32,000 bases of DNA from Mycolicibacterium smegmatis (GTDB lineage: Bacteria; Actinomycetota; Actinomycetes; Mycobacteriales; Mycobacteriaceae). A model generated the notes under the pieces. It saw only the letters and a program-made list of their open reading frames with translations. It was not told the origin of the DNA and did no database searches. The DNA lies in the NCBI RefSeq assembly GCF_001457595.1, contig NZ_LN831039.1:4860001-4892000 (forward strand). The letters run 5' to 3'. Positions 24,089-31,493 of this stretch are shown one piece after another (within the stretch, counting starts at the first letter, position 1; each line of letters starts with the position of its first letter). Position numbers and translations under genes: made by a program.

Positions 24089-25600
24089 TCAGCGTTTGCT
24101 GAGTGCTTCACGCGCTTTCAGGTGGTCCTTCATCACCTTGCCCGTGGCATTGAGGGGTAGCTCTTCGAGAAACTCCACATACCGGGGCACCTTATATCCC
24201 GCCATGCGCTCACGGCTCCAGGCAATCAGATCCTCGGCCGTGACGCACTGCCGGGTCCCATCCAGTGGCTCCCTGAGCACCACGAACGCCTTGCCCACCT
24301 GGCCCATGCGGTCGTCGTCGACGCCGATCACCGCAACCTGTGCGACGTCGGGGTGTTCCAGCAGGAATCCCTCGATCTCGGCCGGGTAGGCGTTGAAGCC
24401 GCCCACGATGAACATGTCCTTCTTGCGCCCGATGATGCGCAGACGGCCGGATTCGGTGAACTCGCCGAGGTCACCGGTGTGCAGCCAGCCGTCGGCGTCG
24501 ATGGCCTCCGCGGTGGCCGCCGGGTCGTCGAGGTAACCCTGCATGACGCTGTAGCCGCGGACCAGCACCTCGCCGTCGTCGGCGAGGTTCACCTCGACCC
24601 CGTCGCACGCCGTGCCCACGGTGGTCGCGATGTCGGTGAAGGAGTCGCCCGGGCGCGAGAGCGTCGCGGTGCCCGCCTCGGTCAGACCGTAGCCGGTGGC
24701 CACGGTCTCGAACGGCAGCTCCTCGTGGATGCGCCGGATGAGTTCGACGGGAATGTCGGCCGCACCGGTCACCCCCGCGCGCAGCGTCGCCAGCTTGGCC
24801 TTGTCCGGCACCCCGAGCAGCGAGTGGTACAGCGTCGGCGGCCCCGGCAACATCGTGACGCGTTCCGTCGCAATGAGTTCCACGATGGCGTCGACGTCGA
24901 ACACTGCCACGGGCAGCACGGTGGCGCCCCGGATGAGGCTCGCGATACAGCCGGCCTTGTAACCGAACGTGTGGAAGAAGGGGTTCACTATCAGGTAGCG
25001 GTCGCCCTCGCGCAGATCGGCCAGGTCGCACCATTCCGCATACAACCGCAGGGTTTGGAGGTGATTCATCATGACGCCCTTGGGACGCCCGGTGGTGCCC
25101 GAGGTGTAGACGATGTCGGCGATGTCGGTGCCGCGCAGCCCGCCCACCACGGCCGGCTCGCCAGAGGCCAGGAAGTCGGATTTGATCTCGATCGCGGGCA
25201 CCCCGGCAGGCACCTCGAAATCCTGCCCCAGGAAACCCTGCTGGCGCAGAACGACTTTCGCGCCGCTGCGGCGGATGACGTCGGCGGCCTCCTCGGCCTT
25301 GAAGCGCGTGTTGACCGGGACCACCACGCCGCCCGCGGTGAGCGCGCCGAATGCCGCGATCATCCATTCGGCGGAATTGGGTGCCCAGATGGCCACCCGG
25401 TCACCTCGCCCGATCCCGTGTGCGAGAAAGGCGCCCGCGGCGCGGCGCACCCGGTCGGCGAGTTCGACGAACGTGAGGCGCAGCGGACCGGCGGCCCCAG
25501 CTGGATTGTCGCCATGGTCGACGACAGCCTCGGCGTCGCCGAACCGGTCCGCTGCGCTCAGGACCATCTCGGGGATGGTCTGCCACGATGGGTGGGTCAC
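24089..25600 (-). CDS. Acyl-CoA synthetase / AMP-dependent ligase (FadD-like)
   Basis: 503 aa. AMP-binding motif YTSGTTGRPKGV and later GWLHTGDLG...GRKKD. GTG 25600 overlaps the upstream stop (GTGA). Confidence 0.9.
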   Translation of the reverse strand: MTHPSWQTIPEMVLSAADRFGDAEAVVDHGDNPAGAAGPLRLTFVELADRVRRAAGAFLAHGIGRGDRVAIWAPNSAEWMIAAFGALTAGGVVVPVNTRFKAEEAADVIRRSGAKVVLRQQGFLGQDFEVPAGVPAIEIKSDFLASGEPAVVGGLRGTDIADIVYTSGTTGRPKGVMMNHLQTLRLYAEWCDLADLREGDRYLIVNPFFHTFGYKAGCIASLIRGATVLPVAVFDVDAIVELIATERVTMLPGPPTLYHSLLGVPDKAKLATLRAGVTGAADIPVELIRRIHEELPFETVATGYGLTEAGTATLSRPGDSFTDIATTVGTACDGVEVNLADDGEVLVRGYSVMQGYLDDPAATAEAIDADGWLHTGDLGEFTESGRLRIIGRKKDMFIVGGFNAYPAEIEGFLLEHPDVAQVAVIGVDDDRMGQVGKAFVVLREPLDGTRQCVTAEDLIAWSRERMAGYKVPRYVEFLEELPLNATGKVMKDHLKAREALSKR

Positions 25601-26787
25601 GTGGTGACGAGACGTCCCAGGTTGCCGCCCATGATCTTTGCCTGGTCCTCGACCGACAGGTGCTCGAGTGCGGTCACGTAGTGCGTCGGCTCGGCCAGGC
25701 CCTCGGGGTGCGGCCAGTCGGAACCGTAGAGCACCTGATCCACACCGATGAGGTTGATCAGGTCGTCGATGCCCTCCTCGTAGAACGGGCTGACATAGAT
25801 GCGGTTCTTGATCTCCTCGATCGGGTTACCCAGGAACGCCTCCGGAGCCTTCTTGTACACCTCGGCCATGGAGTCCAGAAGCGGGAACATCCATTTCGAG
25901 CCGGCCTCGACGATGCCGACCTTGAGCTTGGGATGCCGGAACAGCGCACCGTGGATCACCCACGAGGCCACGGCATCCTGGATCGGGCGCCACTCGTTGA
26001 GGATCGACATCGCGTTGGTCTGGAACGGCAGCATCTCCTGCGCGGCACCGTCCCACTCGGAGGTGTAGCGCGAGTAGCCGCTGTCCGACGAGTGCATGCC
26101 GACGAACACGTCGTGGTGCACGACCCGCTCCCAGAAGGGATCGAACTCGGGAAGCGCGAACGAGCGCGGACCGCGGAAACCGGGCACCGGCGCGGGCCGG
26201 ATGAGGATGGCGCGCGCGCCGCGGCTGACGGCCCACTCGAGTTCCTCGATGGCCTTCTCGACGATGGGCAGCGTGATGACGGGCGTGGTGAAGATCCGGT
26301 TCTTGTAGTTGAAGCCCCACACCTCGTCGAGCCACAGGTTCAGCGAGTGGATGATGACGTGGATGGCGACCGGATCGTCGCGCAGCCGCTCCTCGATGAG
26401 GCTCGCCAGCGTCGGGAACATCAGCGAGCGGTCGACGCCCAGCTGGTCCATGAGCTCAAGACGCGGTTCCGGCTCGAAGAAGGCCGGGATCGAACGCATC
26501 GGCTCGCCGAACAGCTCACGCTTGCTCTTGCCGTCGGGGTTGCCGAACTTGAAGTACTCCTCCCATGCGCCCGGCTTGGCGACCACCGAGAACGTCGGGT
26601 TCGGGATGTAGTTGCTGATCTGGCCCTTGATGGCGATCTTCGTGCGGCCGTTGACCTCGACGTACTGGACGATGTCCTTGTAGTCCTTCGGGAGGTACTT
26701 GGTCATCGCCTCCGGCGGCTCATACAGGTGGTTGTCCGCGTCGAACAGCGGAAACGGTATGTCGACTCGATGCGACAGTTGCCCCAT
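25597..26787 (-). CDS. Amidohydrolase_2 family protein (metal-dependent hydrolase/decarboxylase-like)
   Basis: 396 aa. N-terminal FDADNHLYEP and C-terminal LYGSDWPHPEG resemble the PF04909-type TIM-barrel family. ATG 26787 follows AAAGGAG. Confidence 0.75.
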   Translation of the reverse strand: MGQLSHRVDIPFPLFDADNHLYEPPEAMTKYLPKDYKDIVQYVEVNGRTKIAIKGQISNYIPNPTFSVVAKPGAWEEYFKFGNPDGKSKRELFGEPMRSIPAFFEPEPRLELMDQLGVDRSLMFPTLASLIEERLRDDPVAIHVIIHSLNLWLDEVWGFNYKNRIFTTPVITLPIVEKAIEELEWAVSRGARAILIRPAPVPGFRGPRSFALPEFDPFWERVVHHDVFVGMHSSDSGYSRYTSEWDGAAQEMLPFQTNAMSILNEWRPIQDAVASWVIHGALFRHPKLKVGIVEAGSKWMFPLLDSMAEVYKKAPEAFLGNPIEEIKNRIYVSPFYEEGIDDLINLIGVDQVLYGSDWPHPEGLAEPTHYVTALEHLSVEDQAKIMGGNLGRLVTT

Positions 26788-26809
26788 GGAACACTCCTTT
26801 TCCTATCGC

Positions 26810-26824
26810 GAGAATCATATTCTC
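26810..26824. promoter_or_regulatory. Perfect 15-bp palindrome GAGAAT-CAT-ATTCTC (operator-like site 2 of 4)
   Basis: It sits in the 35-nt gap between the second ligase stop (26823) and the amidohydrolase ATG (26787). The minus-strand TATGAT (26819..26814) lies at its centre. Confidence 0.5.
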
Positions 26825-28436
26825 AGTTTGCGGATGTCGCAATGTCCATCACTGCCGCCGGGTTCCGAACAGCCTGGCGAACGCGGTATTTCTGCACCTT
26901 GCCGCTCGCGGTGCGCGGGAAGTCCTGACCGTCCGGCACGTGGTGCAGTTCCTCGGGCCACTTCTGGCGCGCGACGCCGACGCGTTCGAAGTGCGCCCGC
27001 ACGTCGTCGAGCGTGGGCAGCGGTGCCCCGGAGCGCGTGCGCAGCACCGCGGCGACACGCTCGCCCAGCCGCGCGTCGGGGGCGGCCACCACGATGGCCT
27101 CGATCACCTCGGGGATGCCGAGCAGCACCTCCTCGACCTCGAGCGCGCTGATGTTCTCGCCGCCACGGATGATGAGGTCGGCCGTGCGGTCGGTGATGGT
27201 GAGGTATCCGTCATCGTCGAGATAGCCGATGTCGCCCGTGCGGTACCAGCCGTCGTCGTCGAATGCCTTGGCGGTCAACGCATCGTCGGTGTACCCCAGG
27301 CACAGGTCCGGACCGCGGCTGAAGATCTCGCCGTCGGGGCCGAGCCGGATCTCCACCCCGGGGCGAGGATTGCCGTCGGTGTAGAGCCGCTTGCCCTCCG
27401 GCGCCGACGGCGATGATCCCGTGATCGACGGGTGCTCGGTGCTGCCGTAGGACCGGAACACGAAGATGCCGAGGTCCGCCAGACGGCGGGTGACCGCCGC
27501 GGGCACCGTGGACCCGCCGAGTCCGACGGTCCTGATGCGGGCCAGATGCCTGTCGGCGAAGTCGGGGTGATCCAGCAGGCTCGTGACGAAATACGGTGGG
27601 CCACCGCCGATCGACAGACCGTCACTCTCCATGAGCCGCAAAACTTTCGCGGGGTCCCAGACGTCGCACAGGTCGACGGGCGCCCCTTCGAGCACCGGGA
27701 TCAGAAACGCCCCCACCATGCCGATGAAGTGCCCGACCGGGGTCGCGGTGAGCTGACGGCCACGGTTGGGCGGGTAGTTCGCCAGCAGCTGACGGGTCTC
27801 GCAGCTCAGCGTCTGATGACTGTGGATGACGCCCTTGGGATCTCGTGTGGTACCCGAGGTGAACGCGATCAGCGCGGGCGCGGCCGGATCGGTGTCGAGC
27901 GTCCCCGACATCGGCCGCTCGGCGAGCAGATCGGTGAACGACGACTCGCCGACCAGGCCCACGATGGGGACCTGGGCGCACAGGTCGGGCTGAAAGCTCA
28001 TGCGCCCGAAGCGCTCTGTCGTGAGGAACACCTTGGGCTTGGCGGTGGACAGGATGTGCGCGAGTTCCTTGCGCCCGTAGAAGTGCACGATCGGGACGGT
28101 CACCGCACCGAGGAAGGACGTGGCCCAGAACGCCGCGGCGGCCTCCATCCAGTTCGGCAGCTGGAACGCGATCACGTCACCGGGCCCCACCCCACGCGCA
28201 CGCAGACCCGCGGCAAGCCGGCGCGCGAGCGTCTCGACCTCGCCGAAGGTGCCCGTGTAGGGCCGCACCTCCGAGTGGACGCAGAACACGACGTCCGGGC
28301 CGGCCGCGAGGCCTTCGGCCAGCATCTGACCCAGCGTCTCGGGCGTCCACCACCCTTCCTCGACGTACCGTTTGGTCAGCTCAGCGGGGATGTCGCGCAC
28401 ACCGGTGATGCTATTCTCAGTCCACGAGAATACCAA
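26823..28436 (-). CDS. Acyl-CoA synthetase / AMP-dependent ligase (cyclohexanecarboxylate-CoA-ligase-like)
   Basis: The track ORF is 537 aa from TTG 28436. Motif FTSGTTRDPKGV and later GWYRTGDIG...DRTADLI. The true start may be GTG 28400 (12 codons shorter), because the first 12 codons coincide with operator-like site 3 and a -10 box. Confidence 0.88.
   Translation of the reverse strand: MVFSWTENSITGVRDIPAELTKRYVEEGWWTPETLGQMLAEGLAAGPDVVFCVHSEVRPYTGTFGEVETLARRLAAGLRARGVGPGDVIAFQLPNWMEAAAAFWATSFLGAVTVPIVHFYGRKELAHILSTAKPKVFLTTERFGRMSFQPDLCAQVPIVGLVGESSFTDLLAERPMSGTLDTDPAAPALIAFTSGTTRDPKGVIHSHQTLSCETRQLLANYPPNRGRQLTATPVGHFIGMVGAFLIPVLEGAPVDLCDVWDPAKVLRLMESDGLSIGGGPPYFVTSLLDHPDFADRHLARIRTVGLGGSTVPAAVTRRLADLGIFVFRSYGSTEHPSITGSSPSAPEGKRLYTDGNPRPGVEIRLGPDGEIFSRGPDLCLGYTDDALTAKAFDDDGWYRTGDIGYLDDDGYLTITDRTADLIIRGGENISALEVEEVLLGIPEVIEAIVVAAPDARLGERVAAVLRTRSGAPLPTLDDVRAHFERVGVARQKWPEELHHVPDGQDFPRTASGKVQKYRVRQAVRNPAAVMDIATSAN
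28408..28413 (-). promoter_or_regulatory. Candidate -10 hexamer TAGCAT, 7 nt upstream of GTG 28400 (possible leaderless ligase transcript)
   Basis: The minus strand reads TAGCAT-caccggt-GTG. Confidence 0.35.
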
Positions 28437-28440
28437 TACC
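28413..28440. promoter_or_regulatory. Operator-like site 3 of 4: ATTCTC-AGTCCAC-GAGAAT-ACC-AATACC
   Basis: ATTCTC and GAGAAT are reverse complements separated by 7 nt. The 28-mer matches site 4 at 20 of 28 positions. It lies between the divergent ligase and enoyl-CoA hydratase genes. Confidence 0.5.
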
Positions 28441-28444
28441 GGAA

Positions 28445-29173
28445 GTGGAGAACGATTTGGTCGACCTCGAACTCGACGGCGAACTTGCGGTCATCACCAT
28501 CGACCGGCCGCACGCCCGCAATGCCATCTCGCTCGACACCATGGACGAGCTCGACAAGGCGCTCGACGGGGCGGCCGGTTCGCGCGCACTGGCCATCACG
28601 GGCGCGGGCGACCGCGCGTTCGTGTCCGGGGGCGACCTCAAAGAACTTGCCGCACTTCGCACCGAACGCGAGGCCGGGGCCATGGCATGGCGCATGCGCT
28701 CGATCTGCGACCGCATCGCCGGGTTTCCCGGCCCTGTGATCGCCGCGCTCAACGGACACGCCCTCGGTGGCGGCGCCGAAGTGGCCGTATCGGCCGACAT
28801 CCGGATCGCGGCCGATGACGTCAAGATCGGATTCAACCAGGTCGCCCTTGAGATCATGCCCGCGTGGGGCGGCGCCGAGCGTCTGGTGACACTCGTCGGC
28901 CGCAGCCGGGCCCTGTTGCTCGCGGGCACCGGACGCGTGCTCGACGCCGCCGAGGCCGAGCGCGTCGGACTCGTCGATCAGGTCCTGCCGCGCGCCGAAT
29001 TCGCCGACGGGTGGCGGGCTCTGGCACACACGCTCGCCGGGCGCCCGGCCGGCGAGATCAAACGCGTGATGGGTGGCGTCCCCGCCACCGAGGCCGTGGC
29101 GGCGTTCGCGCGCCTGTGGGTCGCCGAAGAGCACTGGGCGGCCGCCGACAAGGTGATGAACAAGAAGAAGTGA
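28445..29173 (+). CDS. Enoyl-CoA hydratase/isomerase (crotonase family)
   Basis: 242 aa with a GTG start. LAVITIDRPHARNAIS, GGDLKEL and NGHALGGGAEVAVSADIRIA are crotonase-fold signatures. Confidence 0.9.
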   Translation: MENDLVDLELDGELAVITIDRPHARNAISLDTMDELDKALDGAAGSRALAITGAGDRAFVSGGDLKELAALRTEREAGAMAWRMRSICDRIAGFPGPVIAALNGHALGGGAEVAVSADIRIAADDVKIGFNQVALEIMPAWGGAERLVTLVGRSRALLLAGTGRVLDAAEAERVGLVDQVLPRAEFADGWRALAHTLAGRPAGEIKRVMGGVPATEAVAAFARLWVAEEHWAAADKVMNKKK

Positions 29174-29193
29174 ACCGGTGGGATCTCCGGCGA

Positions 29194-29718
29194 TCACGCG
29201 CCGCCGAGTTCGCGCACCGGGTCCGAACCGTCCCACGCCCTCACGGCCTGCCGCACGAAGGTGGCCATACCGGCTGACGCGTCGGTGAGTTCCATGATCT
29301 CGATGACCGTCGCCCCCGCGGGTGGCTCGTAGTACGCGAAGCGCACGCCCTCGGCTTCCCCTCCCGACCACACCTCGGGCCAGCCCGCGTCTTCGAGGTC
29401 GGCGACGGCCGCGTCGAAGTCCCTTGCCCAGTAAGCGAGCTGATGGAAGCCACCGCCGGTGGCGGCCAGGAATTCGGTGAACACGCTGTGGGTGTCGCCG
29501 TGCTGCTGGATGAGTTCGATCTGCAGGTCGCCGCTGTTGGACAGCGCCAGCGACAGCGTCACCTCACACGGCTCACCGCGGAACCGGACCCGCTGCGTCA
29601 TCCCGCGGATGACGAACCACGGACCGACGCCCATCTGCAGCCACCGTGAGATGGCGTCGTCGAGGTCGGCCACCACGTAGCCGATCTGGCAGATCGAACC
29701 GGGCAGCACCGGATTCAT
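29194..29718 (-). CDS. VOC (glyoxalase/dioxygenase) family protein, methylmalonyl-CoA-epimerase-like
   Basis: 174 aa. QIGYVVADLDDAISRW...IELIQQHGDTHSVFTEFLAATGGGFHQLAY resembles the paired beta-alpha-beta-beta-beta VOC modules of acyl-CoA epimerases. ATG 29718 follows GAGAGGA. Confidence 0.75.
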   Translation of the reverse strand: MNPVLPGSICQIGYVVADLDDAISRWLQMGVGPWFVIRGMTQRVRFRGEPCEVTLSLALSNSGDLQIELIQQHGDTHSVFTEFLAATGGGFHQLAYWARDFDAAVADLEDAGWPEVWSGGEAEGVRFAYYEPPAGATVIEIMELTDASAGMATFVRQAVRAWDGSDPVRELGGA

Positions 29719-29778
29719 CGCATCCTCTCTGAAATCTGCGGGTGAAAGAGCCTGCTCCCCAGCCTAGTGAGGTACTCG

Positions 29779-29806
29779 GTTCTCACTGGACGAGAATCAC
29801 ATTTCC
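29779..29806. promoter_or_regulatory. Operator-like site 4 of 4: GTTCTC-ACTGGAC-GAGAAT-CAC-ATTTCC
   Basis: Same architecture as site 3. It lies in the 103-bp divergent gap between the VOC gene and the DUF35 gene. Confidence 0.5.
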
Positions 29807-29809
29807 GGT

Positions 29810-29815
29810 TATCGT
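29810..29815 (+). promoter_or_regulatory. Candidate -10 hexamer TATCGT, 6 nt upstream of GTG 29822 (possible leaderless DUF35-thiolase operon)
   Basis: The sequence reads TATCGT-cagcac-GTG with no Shine-Dalgarno sequence. Confidence 0.4.
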
Positions 29816-29821
29816 CAGCAC

Positions 29822-30253
29822 GTGTCCACTCAGAAAGCCCTGGCGCCCGAGATCTCCACCTGGCCCGATGAGAATCCGCAGTTGATCGGCAGCAGATGCG
29901 ACACCTGCGGGTCCTACGTGTTCCCCGTGCAGGACCACTGCCCCAGGTGCAGCAGCGCCGACACCTCAGAGGTGCTGCTCCCCCGCCGCGGCACCGTCGT
30001 CGCGTGGACCACGCAGGGCTTCCCGCCCGGCGCCCCGTACGCGGGCCCCACGGGTAAGGACTTCGTGCCGTTCGGTGTCGGCCTGGTCGAACTCGCCGAC
30101 GAGACCGGCCCCGTCATCCGCGTCGAGGGCCGGTTGACCGAAAACGACCCGGACAAGCTGGAATTCGGCCAGCAGGTCGAGCTCACGATGATTCCGTTCA
30201 CCACCGACGACGAGGGCAACGAGGTCGTCACGTTCGCGTTCCAGCCGGTCTGA
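29822..30253 (+). CDS. DUF35 OB-fold / zinc-ribbon acyl-CoA-associated protein
   Basis: 143 aa. Four-Cys ribbon CDTCGSYVFPVQDHCPRC followed by an OB-fold-like segment. It is the usual partner of SCP-x-type thiolases. Confidence 0.85.
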   Translation: MSTQKALAPEISTWPDENPQLIGSRCDTCGSYVFPVQDHCPRCSSADTSEVLLPRRGTVVAWTTQGFPPGAPYAGPTGKDFVPFGVGLVELADETGPVIRVEGRLTENDPDKLEFGQQVELTMIPFTTDDEGNEVVTFAFQPV

Positions 30254-30265
30254 GGAGGTTCAGCA

Positions 30266-31411
30266 ATGACCAATGACGTCGCCATCATCGGCGTGGGACT
30301 GCATCCGTTCGGCCGCTTCGACAAGCCCGCGGTGCAGATGGGCGCCGAGGCCATCCGCCTGGCCCTGAAGGACGCCGGGGTCGAGTGGAAGGACATCCAG
30401 TTCGGGTTCGGCGGCAGTTACGAGGTGTCCAACCCGGACTCGGTGACCCGCCTGGTGGGCCTGACCGGCATCACGTTCACCAACGTGTTCAACGCGTGCG
30501 CCACCTCGGCGAGCGCGATCCAGCAGACCGCAGACACGATCCGGCTGGGCAAGTACGACATCGGCGTGGCCGTCGGGCTGGACAAGCATCCGCGCGGCGC
30601 GTTCACCGACGATCCGGCCAAGCTCGCACTGCCGCAGTGGTACGCGCAGAACGGGCAGTTCGTCACCACCAAGTTCTTCGGAATGAAGGCCAACAAGTAT
30701 CTCCACGACCACAACATCAGCCAGGACACGCTGGCGCGCGTGGCCAACAAGAACTTCCGCAACGGCGCACTGAACCCGAATGCGTTCCGGCGCAAGGAGA
30801 TCTCGGTCGAGGAAATCCTCGCCTCACCCACGCTGAACCACCCGCTGACGCAATACATGTTCTGCGCACCCGACGAGGGCGCGGCCGCGGTGATCATGTG
30901 CCGGGCCGACATCGCGCACAAGTTCACCGACAAGCCGGTGTACGTGCGCGCCAGCGAGATCCGCACGCGGACCTTCGGCGCCTACGAGGTGCACGCGACC
31001 TCGGCGCCGCCCGAGTCCGACGCCGCGCCCACGGTGTACGCGGCCAGGGCGGCCTACGAGGCCGCGGGCATCGGCCCCGAGGACGTCGACATCGCGCAGT
31101 TGCAGGACACCGACGCCGGTGCCGAGGTGATCCACATGGCCGAGACCGGGCTGTGCGCCGACGGCGATCAGGAGAAGCTGATCGCCGAGGGCGCCACCGA
31201 GATCGATGGTTCGATCCCCGTCAACACCGACGGCGGCCTGATCGCCAACGGTGAGCCGATCGGGGCCTCGGGTCTGCGCCAGATGCATGAACTCGTACGC
31301 CAGTTGCGCGGCGAGGCCGGCGACCGCCAGGTGCCCGGCAACCCCCGTGTCGGGCTCGCGCAGGTCTACGGCGCACCCGGCACCGCATCCGCCACGATCC
31401 TTTCCCTCTGA
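30266..31411 (+). CDS. Thiolase-like protein, SCP-x / lipid-transfer-protein (Ltp) type
   Basis: 381 aa. ATG follows GAGGAGG. Nucleophile region FNACATSASAIQ and C-terminal NTDGGLIANGEPIGASGLRQ. It starts 12 nt after the DUF35 stop. Confidence 0.9.
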   Translation: MTNDVAIIGVGLHPFGRFDKPAVQMGAEAIRLALKDAGVEWKDIQFGFGGSYEVSNPDSVTRLVGLTGITFTNVFNACATSASAIQQTADTIRLGKYDIGVAVGLDKHPRGAFTDDPAKLALPQWYAQNGQFVTTKFFGMKANKYLHDHNISQDTLARVANKNFRNGALNPNAFRRKEISVEEILASPTLNHPLTQYMFCAPDEGAAAVIMCRADIAHKFTDKPVYVRASEIRTRTFGAYEVHATSAPPESDAAPTVYAARAAYEAAGIGPEDVDIAQLQDTDAGAEVIHMAETGLCADGDQEKLIAEGATEIDGSIPVNTDGGLIANGEPIGASGLRQMHELVRQLRGEAGDRQVPGNPRVGLAQVYGAPGTASATILSL

Positions 31412-31422
31412 GGTGTTCTCCC

Positions 31423-31484
31423 CGCGAGCAGACGCAGAACTGCCTGTTTTCAGCGCTTTTCAGGCAGTTATATGTCTGCTCGCG
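31423..31484. terminator. Long interrupted hairpin between convergent thiolase and TetR genes (bidirectional terminator candidate)
   Basis: The outer 11-bp stem is CGCGAGCAGAC / GTCTGCTCGCG and the inner 9-bp stem is AACTGCCTG / CAGGCAGTT. A 4x4 internal loop separates them and the apical loop is 14 nt (ttttcagcgctttt). There is no flanking U-tract on either strand. Confidence 0.5.
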
Positions 31485-31493
31485 AGGGAAAGG

